DNA of 64,000 nucleotides, taken from an uncultured virus (IMG/VR IMGVR_UViG_3300032220_001168). Lineage: Duplodnaviria > Heunggongvirae > Uroviricota > Caudoviricetes. Below the pieces are notes generated by a model. That model was not told where the DNA came from, made no database searches, and worked only from the letters and a program-made list of their open reading frames with translations. Positions 6,892 through 14,448 of the stretch are shown here, piece by piece. Positions within the stretch are counted from its first letter, which is position 1; every line of letters begins with the position of its first letter. The stretch lies in IMG/VR virus record IMGVR_UViG_3300032220_001168. One strand, 5' to 3'. The position numbers and the translations under genes were made by a program.

Positions 6892-8016
6892 ATGGCCTCC
6901 TCTTCTCTTCTTCTCGCTCCTCCTTCGCTTCTCGCTCCTCCTTCGGTTCGCTCGAGCGCGCCTCGCTCTCCTCGCGAGCTTTCGGCCTTTCTCTCCCGCT
7001 TCGGCCTTTCGATCCCCGGCCTGCTCACGAGCGGGAGCTCCAATGCGAAGCTCGCGAAAGGGAAAGGCCTCGCCTTCTCCTCGCTTCTCCACATGCTCCC
7101 CGCGAAAGGCCTCGCTCGAGCGCTCACTCCTTCTTCTCATGCTTGCAACGTGAGAAGCGAGCTCCCCGGCCTTCGAGAGCTTGCAATTCGCGAAGGCCTC
7201 CTCGAGCGCGCGCTTCTCTTTAATGCTTGCGCTTTCTCTTCTCCCTCTTTCGAGGAGCTCTGTCTAGCTTTCTCCGGCCATGGCGGGCTTTCTACAGTGC
7301 CTGGCCAATGCCGCGCGCGTCGCATGCTTGCAATGCTCGCTGATCGGGAGCTCTTTATTCGCTCCCTCCTATGGGGAGGAGGCCTCGCCATGAGAAAGGC
7401 GCGAAAGCTTCGCCTCCCTTTCGCGCTTCGCCTTAACGGCACGCAGGAGCTCCCGTGGCACGAGCCTTTCATGAGCGCGAGCCTTTCGAAGGAGGAGGCT
7501 CTCGGCCTTTCTCGCCTTTATGGAAGCCCCATCCCTTCGGGCACAGTCACAATCCCCGAAGCGCTTCGGAGTGTTCGCGGCCTTTCGCTATATGATTACG
7601 CGAAAGCGCCTCTCCCTCGCCTTCTCGCCATGAGGGAGGCCGGAGTTTACACCACGGCTTCTCTCGCTGCAGATAATCCCGGAGGAGCAAGGCGAGCGCT
7701 CGAAGCGGTTCGCCATGGCTTCTCTCTTGCTGTGCCGATCCTTCTCCCGAAAGGCGCGCCTCTCCCTTCGAACCTTCTCCTCGAGGCCGAAGGCGAAGCT
7801 TCCGCGCTCCTCGATTGCATAGACGGGGATCTAAACGACCTTCGCATGCTAGATCGCGCGCCTCGCGCGGGCTTCTCTGGCCTCGCCGTGATGCTTCGCC
7901 TCAAGCGCTCGAGAGGAGCTGATCCTTCCGCCGCTTCTCGCTTCGCTCTTGCTCCCTCCTCTGATTGGCAAGAGCTCGCGGGAGGAGGCCTCGCTCGCCT
8001 CGGTGGCCTCTCATGA
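6892..8016 (+). CDS. GP88-like phage protein
   Basis: NAKLAK, CL.FSGHGG, LRLNGT.E.PW, YDY.K, IDGD..DLR.LD motifs; start may be 6820 or 6892. Confidence 0.75.
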   Translation: MASSSLLLAPPSLLAPPSVRSSAPRSPRELSAFLSRFGLSIPGLLTSGSSNAKLAKGKGLAFSSLLHMLPAKGLARALTPSSHACNVRSELPGLRELAIREGLLERALLFNACAFSSPSFEELCLAFSGHGGLSTVPGQCRARRMLAMLADRELFIRSLLWGGGLAMRKARKLRLPFALRLNGTQELPWHEPFMSASLSKEEALGLSRLYGSPIPSGTVTIPEALRSVRGLSLYDYAKAPLPRLLAMREAGVYTTASLAADNPGGARRALEAVRHGFSLAVPILLPKGAPLPSNLLLEAEGEASALLDCIDGDLNDLRMLDRAPRAGFSGLAVMLRLKRSRGADPSAASRFALAPSSDWQELAGGGLARLGGLS

Positions 8017-8204
8017 GCGCCTCCCTTCGCCTTCGCCTTTCTGAGCTCGAAGCGCTTCTCCTTCTCCTCGCTCTCGAAAGCTTCTCTCCCGAAAGCTCCC
8101 GCGAAGAAGAGCTCCTCTCCTCCCTCCTCGAAGAGCTCGAAGCCTTCGCTCCTCGCCTCCCCTTCTCCTCCTCTCGAGAAGCTCGCGAGCGCCTCCTTAG
8201 TTGA
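8013..8204 (+). CDS. 63 aa protein using only 8 amino-acid types
   Basis: ATGA overlap with GP88 stop; followed by terminator; only M,S,A,L,R,E,F,P. Confidence 0.55.
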   Translation: MSASLRLRLSELEALLLLLALESFSPESSREEELLSSLLEELEAFAPRLPFSSSREARERLLS

Positions 8205-8229
8205 TCCGTCGAGGCCTTCTCGAGCCCAT

Positions 8230-8259
8230 AGGCTGATCCTTCAGGATCGGCCTTTCTTT
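8230..8259 (+). terminator. intrinsic terminator closing the island operon
   Basis: AGGCTGATCC-TTCA-GGATCGGCCT-TTCTTT. Confidence 0.8.
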
Positions 8260-8348
8260 ATGAGCTGCAGCGGCTTTCGTAGTGTTAGCGGATTATCCCG
8301 ACTTTTAGAATCAACTATCAGCGTTGCTAATGTATACTTTTGTCAAAA

Positions 8349-8364
8349 TGTATCACCCGATACA
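8349..8364. promoter_or_regulatory. NtcA-like box
   Basis: TGTA-TCACCCGA-TACA = GTA-N8-TAC with T/A flanks. Confidence 0.6.
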
Positions 8365-8575
8365 GAAACTTTGCCAATCCGGTGCTAGTCTGGCGCAGTA
8401 ACCCGGCACCATGGGCCGTGAGGCGGTGGGCATCCCCCAAAAAATACGACATCATTTTTCATCCGTTTTTTTTTGTCCGTATATTTACTACCACGTCCGT
8501 AATTGTCACTAATTGCGCGTAAAGCTAGTCGCGGCTGCGCGAACGGTCGAGCATGGACGATGGGGAGTGAGCGCA

Positions 8576-9091
8576 TTAAAACTCCAGGGATTTAACAATT
8601 GCCTCACCTACTGCTTTTGTTATAAGCTTTAGCTCTTCGTGCGTGGCATCATTTTTAATCGTATTAGCTCTCTGGCTAATAATCCATACATTACCCTTTA
8701 TATAACCTTTTACTGGGTCTATGCGATCTAAGGATGGACTATTAGGAACCGTGCCGTTCCCGTGAAAAGTCGACCATTCAAGGGGAATTCCTAGTATCGG
8801 ACAATGTGTGACAAAAAGAGAGCGCACGTATTCACTGTCAATATTAAATTCTAAATGTTTTTTCCTGGCTCTCTTTTTAGCGCTGCATGTCATATGAGTT
8901 GTCTGACGCAATACTGGATTTGCTTTGCCGTATGCACGTGATTGCTTGTCGTGACATTTTTTGCAAGCACTATGAAAGCCATCTTTTGCTCTTATTTTTT
9001 TGTAAAAAGCTGTGACCGGCAACTCTTCACCACAAACCGTGCATTGCTTAGTGAGCACGGCGTCCGTTGGAGAGGCAGCAGTATCGGGCAT
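8576..9091 (-). CDS. HNH-like endonuclease with N-terminal zinc finger
   Basis: CTVC...CKKC; CPILG...SLDRIDPVKGYIKGNV.IIS.RAN. Confidence 0.8.
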   Translation of the reverse strand: MPDTAASPTDAVLTKQCTVCGEELPVTAFYKKIRAKDGFHSACKKCHDKQSRAYGKANPVLRQTTHMTCSAKKRARKKHLEFNIDSEYVRSLFVTHCPILGIPLEWSTFHGNGTVPNSPSLDRIDPVKGYIKGNVWIISQRANTIKNDATHEELKLITKAVGEAIVKSLEF

Positions 9092-9184
9092 GAAAAGCTA
9101 TAAGTTGCGCTAATCATACAAGGATTCCCGATAAACGGCAAACATCAAGATTCCCGATAATCGCCTGTTTCCTCCATTGTTCTT

Positions 9185-9460
9185 CCAGGGCTCATCGCGC
9201 AGGTAGCTCCCAAGAGCGTCGTAGCTTGAGCCCTTTCTTCCTTCTTTTTCTCTTTTCTCTTTCTAGCCGTGTGCGAGCACACCCCTAGCGGCTTTGTGCT
9301 CTCGCAAAGTATTGAAAAGGAGATGGGGGGGGAGGGAGCCTAGTGATCGTAGTCGCTGGGGCTCTTCTCGAAGGCTCCCTTGGCGGAGGTGCTAAAGGAA
9401 GAAGGAGAAGAGCCGCTTGGGAAGGATCGCCTTGGGGGCTCCCGGTCGTAGCGGCTCAAG
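9185..9460 (+). ncRNA. candidate multi-hairpin structured RNA or ssDNA element
   Basis: Stems GGGCTCA/TGAGCCC, GGGAGCC/GGCTCCC, GAGCCGCT/AGCGGCTC; G-U pairs favour + strand. Confidence 0.45.
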
Positions 9461-9515
9461 AGGCCAACTGTTACAAGCGTGTGCATCGCCTTTACCTATC
9501 GTAAATTGTAGTCTC

Positions 9516-9544
9516 ATGAGACGTGAATGAGACTCATATGAGAC
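9516..9544. repeat. ATGAGAC x3 at 11 bp period
   Basis: Copies at 9516, 9527, 9538; first sits in palindrome GTCTCATGAGAC. Confidence 0.8.
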
Positions 9545-9654
9545 AGCAGTCATAGCCTTGACCAGTGAAACAATTGTTAGCAAGCTTGCATAATTTCTTA
9601 ACAATTCCCTTGGCTGGTAGCCATGGTATGATTCCTGCGCCTCACGACAGAGCC

Positions 9655-10071
9655 ATGGATCAAAGCTTCAGTCAATTCAGCAAAGCCGTCAACAAGCACG
9701 TGCTTGGCAACCAAGACGAATTTGTGCGCCTAAAGGACAGGCTGGAAATGTGCGAGCATGCCACGAGCAAGGCGGGAGCAGCAGCTCTTGGCTACCTCAT
9801 GGCAATGGAGGAAATGGAAGAGCTAAAAAGCGAGGCCGAAATTTCCGTCTACGACAAAGTAATGGATGTAGTCGACGGCTTGATTGCTTGCAACGGACAG
9901 TATTTTGCAGAAAGCGCTTGCGACGAAATCTTTACAATCATCTACGAATGGTTGCTCGAAGAGTTGGAATCATTAACAGACCTTCGTAAATTGCCAACGG
10001 AGAGGATGAGTCGCAATATCATGCAACAAGACATTGCCACTCTCTTTAAAGAATACATTGTGCAAGAGTAG
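9655..10071 (+). CDS. hypothetical helical protein
   Basis: ATG 9655 downstream of TGGTATGAT (9624-9632). Confidence 0.75.
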   Translation: MDQSFSQFSKAVNKHVLGNQDEFVRLKDRLEMCEHATSKAGAAALGYLMAMEEMEELKSEAEISVYDKVMDVVDGLIACNGQYFAESACDEIFTIIYEWLLEELESLTDLRKLPTERMSRNIMQQDIATLFKEYIVQE

Positions 10072-10211
10072 TTATTGTTACAATTCTTTTCCCATTGCCT
10101 CTAGCGTGACCAACTTTAGGGGCTTTTCCATGGATGCCGTTTTATCGGCCAGGGAAATGCTAGGGTTGGACCGTTGATCGTTCGGGGGCCAAGGGCCCCT
10201 TTTGTTGTCTC

Positions 10212-11639
10212 ATGAATCTCAAGGAAGACCAAAAGCAAGACAAGATTGCTCGCACTGGACGTGTGGAAAGCTGGATTAATTCCGCCGATGGACGGCTCCC
10301 CGTTTCATGCACTGTATTCTCAGTGAAAGATGCAATGGAGGGGGACGATGGCATTGAAGCTAGTTGGCGTTTTGTTAGCCATGGGCTGCGTTATGGGGCT
10401 GGTGTGGCGGTGCATTTGTCTGAACTGCGTGGCAAAGGCGCTGAAAATGATAAAGGGCTAGTTGCAAGTGGTCCTATTAGTTTTGGCAAGATTTATTCCA
10501 CGCTGAATGAAATTTTGCGTAGAGGCGGATTGTATAAAAATGGGGCTGTAGTGTTGCATCTTGACTACCAGCATCCTGATGCCATTGAATTCATCACTGC
10601 GTCACGAAGGGAGCTTCCATGGGTGAAACGTTGCTTGAATGTTGATGAGAATTTCTTGGATGACATTGAACCCTCCTATTTGGAAGCAGTATTGCAGGCT
10701 ATTTCTGCAGGCGATTTGTGGCTCAACAAAATTCGCTACGACGCTAAAGGCGAGCGCATCCGCGCCAATGTCTGTTTGGAAGTTTACCTTCCTCATAGGG
10801 GCACTTGTTTGCTACAGCATGTCAACTTGGGCGCTTGCTCCATTGAGGAAGTGGAAGGGGCATTCTTCCAGGGCATGAGCGAACTTTGCTCTCTCCATGG
10901 CAAAACGGGCGTGGGTGACACTGGCGAATACCTTTCGCCTGAGAATGACAAGCAAGTTGGACTTGGGCTGCTTGGCTTGGCTAATTTCCTTTCCATCCAT
11001 GGCATTTCCTATGCTGATTTTGGACATTCCCTAAAGGCATTGAACAATGGTGAGCCGCAGGAGCGTACAGTTGCCTATGAAGCGGCCCTGGCACTTCAAA
11101 AAGGCATTGATTCAGCAACGCAGGTGGCACGAACTTATTCCATGGACCGTGCCTTTGCCATTGCTCCCACTGCCTCTTGCTCATATCGCTACACAGATAG
11201 CAAAGGTTTCACCACAACCCCTGAAATTGCCCCTCCCATCGCTCGGGAAGTGGATCGGGATAGTGGCACTTTTGGCGTGGAGAGCTTTGACTATGGGCCG
11301 GTAGAGACTGCTGCTGAAGTGGGCTGGGAAGCTTACAAGCTTATGGCCGACGAACTGGTGCGTATGTATCAAGCCACTGGTCTTTTCCATGGTTATTCAT
11401 TCAATTCGTGGTCAGATGTTGTTACTTATGATCGTGAGTTCCTACAAGATTGGCTAGACTGTCCTCAGACAAGCCTCTATTATTCCCTGCAAGTTCTCCC
11501 GGACACGCAGCGGAAAGATGATGCCTACGCGGCATTGGATGATGACTTCAAGAGCATGTTCGGGCTTGGCAATGCTGAGTCCTTGGACGGTGCTGTCTGT
11601 GAAGTGGAGGCTAATTTCTGTACGAGTTGTTCTGAATGA
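10212..11639 (+). CDS. nrdA: ribonucleotide reductase alpha subunit, short cyanophage class I type
   Basis: RLPVSCT, NVCLE (radical Cys), IAPTASCS, C-terminal CxxC. Confidence 0.92.
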   Translation: MNLKEDQKQDKIARTGRVESWINSADGRLPVSCTVFSVKDAMEGDDGIEASWRFVSHGLRYGAGVAVHLSELRGKGAENDKGLVASGPISFGKIYSTLNEILRRGGLYKNGAVVLHLDYQHPDAIEFITASRRELPWVKRCLNVDENFLDDIEPSYLEAVLQAISAGDLWLNKIRYDAKGERIRANVCLEVYLPHRGTCLLQHVNLGACSIEEVEGAFFQGMSELCSLHGKTGVGDTGEYLSPENDKQVGLGLLGLANFLSIHGISYADFGHSLKALNNGEPQERTVAYEAALALQKGIDSATQVARTYSMDRAFAIAPTASCSYRYTDSKGFTTTPEIAPPIAREVDRDSGTFGVESFDYGPVETAAEVGWEAYKLMADELVRMYQATGLFHGYSFNSWSDVVTYDREFLQDWLDCPQTSLYYSLQVLPDTQRKDDAYAALDDDFKSMFGLGNAESLDGAVCEVEANFCTSCSE

Positions 11640-11732
11640 CCGTTCATTCCACATCATTGGTTGATCAGGCCGCAATTGCGGCCTTTTGCTTCTTCTTTTT
11701 GTTTATTTCCATCACCTTTATCCCTGAAGAAA

Positions 11733-12479
11733 ATGACAGTAGCGACGATTAAAAACTCTCCGTACATTTCGATGATTTCCAAGAAGCGGCCTTGGCAGGC
11801 CGTGCCTATTGAGGCTGGAAAGCTTGTCGAGGGCAGCGAGGAGACTTTGTTTCGTGCGCTGGCCCTGCGTCATCTTGAGCTGCCAGTCAAGGATTTCCTT
11901 GAGCAAGGATTAGAGCGTGATCTGCCTTCTACTTTGGGCGTTATCGAGGCCCTCCGGCACAATCAGGAAGACGAGCAGCGTCATGACGAGGCTTTGAACT
12001 ATGTGGCCGCCGCCCATGGCACCGATGCTAAAGCGGAGGCTGAAGTGATGAACATTCTGAAGGTATGGCAGGATCATCCCGCCCATCCCATTTTGAAGGC
12101 GGCCATCCTTGAGCGTTCATTGTTTTTCGTCATCTTGCCTTTCTTCCGTTTCAACGGTGACATTGGCATCCGCACCGTTTCAGCCGATGTGTCCAGGGAT
12201 GAGATTACTCACGTAGGAGTCCATTCATTGGTCGCAAAAGAGCTTAATGAGACTGCAGGAGAAAGCTTGAACAAACTGCGTAAGGCCACGGCCTTATGGA
12301 TTTTCGACAAGCTTGACAACCATGAGAACAAATGGTTGAACAAAGATTTCTGGCTTCGTCAGTCGGACAATTTGTTTGAAAAGGGCAAGGCCGAAGAGCT
12401 TAATGACACTGCTCGCAGCCGTATGCCAGCCTTTTTCGAGAGTTCCAACGTGAATCTCCCGGCTTACGGCCAGGCTTAA
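11733..12479 (+). CDS. nrdB: ribonucleotide reductase beta subunit (ferritin-like)
   Basis: DEQRH and DEITH metal ligands; adjacent to alpha. Confidence 0.8.
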   Translation: MTVATIKNSPYISMISKKRPWQAVPIEAGKLVEGSEETLFRALALRHLELPVKDFLEQGLERDLPSTLGVIEALRHNQEDEQRHDEALNYVAAAHGTDAKAEAEVMNILKVWQDHPAHPILKAAILERSLFFVILPFFRFNGDIGIRTVSADVSRDEITHVGVHSLVAKELNETAGESLNKLRKATALWIFDKLDNHENKWLNKDFWLRQSDNLFEKGKAEELNDTARSRMPAFFESSNVNLPAYGQA

Positions 12480-12541
12480 CGCTACACTGATTTCGTAACA
12501 CCCCCTAAGCCCCTCAACGATGCTCAAACCTGGGGGTCACT

Positions 12542-12610
12542 GGATCTGGAGTGTTGGCACACGCTAGGCTCATAGCCTAGAATTCCGGGTTCGATTCCCG
12601 GCAGTCCCCA
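12542..12610 (+). tRNA. atypical tRNA, anticodon CAT (Met/Ile2)
   Basis: Anticodon arm CTAGG-CTCATAG-CCTAG; T arm CCGGG-TTCGATT-CCCGG; ends CCA; 4 nt D loop; imperfect acceptor stem. Confidence 0.7.
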
Positions 12611-12627
12611 TTATTTCTTTCTTTTGA

Positions 12628-12882
12628 ATGGCAAAGTCGGACAAATATTTTGCTCGTCGCAGTGTATGGGTGTGGTTTAAGCATGGTTTGAATGTTCCAA
12701 GCCAGTGGGAACCAGGATTTACCGCCATCGCAGAACCCGTTCCCGGCTTCTACCGCCTGGAACATCGTGAGTACCGCACTGAAATCCTGCCTTCATGGCG
12801 CATCTCCTTTTCCAAGCCCGAGGATATTGACAAGGGCCCTCCCATTGAACTCAATGTTGAATGGCGCTACGCTCCGGGCTAG
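12628..12882 (+). CDS. hypothetical protein
   Basis: 84 aa ORF. Confidence 0.7.
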   Translation: MAKSDKYFARRSVWVWFKHGLNVPSQWEPGFTAIAEPVPGFYRLEHREYRTEILPSWRISFSKPEDIDKGPPIELNVEWRYAPG

Positions 12883-12894
12883 CCCTTTTCCACC

Positions 12895-13407
12895 ATGGCC
12901 AGCCTCTTCCTCACTGCTGACACGCATTTCTCGCATGCTGGAATGTGTCAATTTCTCAATGCAGATGGCAGCAAGGTGCGCCCATGGGACGACGTAGAGG
13001 AGATGGACGAAGCCTTAGTGGAGCGATGGAACGAGACTGTGCGGCCCAATGACAAGGTGTACCATTTGGGCGACGTTGCCATTCAGCGCAAGGGACTTCG
13101 CCTCCTCGACCGTCTTAACGGAGATTTAGTGTTGATCAAGGGCAACCATGATATTTTTAAGCTTTCCGACTACACCAAGTATTTCCGTGACATCCGCGCC
13201 TACCACATCCTTGACAGAATTTGTTTGTCTCACATTCCTCAGCATCCTGATTCCATTGATCGCTTTAGGGGTAACGTCCATGGCCATTTACACACGGGAC
13301 AAGTGATGCTTGATGGGCAAATTGACACACGGTATAAGTGTGTTTGCGTCGAGCAGACCAATTATGCGCCAGTAGCATGGGAAACGGTGGAAGCCTTTTT
13401 CAACTGA
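12895..13407 (+). CDS. calcineurin-like metallophosphoesterase
   Basis: DTHF, HLGD, GNHD, HGHLH. Confidence 0.9.
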   Translation: MASLFLTADTHFSHAGMCQFLNADGSKVRPWDDVEEMDEALVERWNETVRPNDKVYHLGDVAIQRKGLRLLDRLNGDLVLIKGNHDIFKLSDYTKYFRDIRAYHILDRICLSHIPQHPDSIDRFRGNVHGHLHTGQVMLDGQIDTRYKCVCVEQTNYAPVAWETVEAFFN

Positions 13408-13425
13408 TTCCATTGTTCACCAACC

Positions 13426-13671
13426 ATGAACGAACGCCGAACGTGGAACACTCCCACTCGTGAGCCGTGGAATCCCATCATTCACCAGCTTTTGCGTGCT
13501 GTTGATTGTCATAACGAAGCATTCTTCAGGGATGGCAAAGAATGGCATTTGGACAGGGCTATCATGCTTAGACAATATGTACGAGAGCTAAAGGACTGGC
13601 TCCATGAAGAAGAGACAAGCATTCTGGAAGGTATGGTGTCATGCTCTCGGCCCCAAGGCGGGATCGAATGA
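13426..13671 (+). CDS. hypothetical protein
   Basis: WNTPTREPWNP..H.LL.A.D.H. Confidence 0.75.
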   Translation: MNERRTWNTPTREPWNPIIHQLLRAVDCHNEAFFRDGKEWHLDRAIMLRQYVRELKDWLHEEETSILEGMVSCSRPQGGIE

Positions 13672-13819
13672 AAAAGAAGCCGATATTATTGCTCTTGTGC
13701 GAACTGTAGTATTTTTGTCATACCTAACCACCAATATTTTTATTGTCGCTGGCGTGGTGCGACACTGGGACGATAATGCTTCTAAGCAGGAGGGTTTGAG
13801 CAAGGTTAGAGCGCATTAG
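13604..13819 (+). CDS. small membrane protein
   Basis: WKVWCHALG.K...EAD..A.VRT...N.FIVAGV.RHW. Confidence 0.7.
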   Translation: MKKRQAFWKVWCHALGPKAGSNEKEADIIALVRTVVFLSYLTTNIFIVAGVVRHWDDNASKQEGLSKVRAH

Positions 13820-13949
13820 CTCGTGAACTGGTGCGGCCAGTCCCTTGCATCGTTGACCATCGCCTAAAGGGGCCTGAACCCTAGAGGGATGGCTGTAAGC
13901 CAGTGGCCACTGGGCTTCTGCAGAAGCTCCAAAAGTTTAGCACGTCTGT

Positions 13950-14189
13950 TCACAAATCAAAACATTTGCACTCTTGACAGGCAGGTTCCTGCTGGCAGCG
14001 CTTGTCCCACCATTGCTCACGTTGATCGTTTTCGTTCATTGCGTAGTATTTGTCCATGAGCCGCCTGTACTCCCCATTGGCTTGGCTCATTTGCTCGCTT
14101 TGTAGGCCATGGACCTGGCCCACTTGCTGCATTTTGTATGCGGCTTCGATGGCTTGGTTAAAGGCAGTTTCAGTGGCTGGCGAAAGCAT
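13950..14189 (-). CDS. hypothetical protein
   Basis: Ends C...P...ECKCFD. Confidence 0.65.
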   Translation of the reverse strand: MLSPATETAFNQAIEAAYKMQQVGQVHGLQSEQMSQANGEYRRLMDKYYAMNENDQREQWWDKRCQQEPACQECKCFDL

Positions 14190-14448
14190 GGCAGTTAATT
14201 CGCAAGTTTCAACAGTCTACTCATTTGCGTCCTTTTGGATTTTCATGGCCTGTGTGAGTTTCCTCAAACGGGGGAGAAGCGATGGTTGGTAGAAATGGTC
14301 TGCAGCCAGTAGCTGCAAGGCTATTTGCTTGTTGCCCTCAAGCAGTGCCACAAGAAAAACTGCCTCTTTTTGCGAGAGTTGAAAGTTGTTCACTAGTAAT
14401 CAATGCCTATTTTTCCCAACAATACTACATGCTATTTGCTATTTGCGA

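Larger units (their letters stand above)
5845..8275. other. dinucleotide-purged island (AC/GT nearly absent)
   Basis: Hand count: 5 AC+GT steps in 6061-6480; none in 8005-8199. Confidence 0.9.

Noticed and set aside
7060..7066. GGGAAAG in the GP88-like gene
   Set aside because: Read as GGG AAA G, the wrong phase for -1 slippage
6096..7904. Long minus-strand and alternate-frame ORFs in the island
   Set aside because: Stop codons need TA/TG, which are purged, so all frames stay open; products are low-complexity R/E/S strings
10212..11639. Class II (B12) RNR or truncated pseudogene
   Set aside because: Catalytic motifs intact and a ferritin-like beta subunit gene follows
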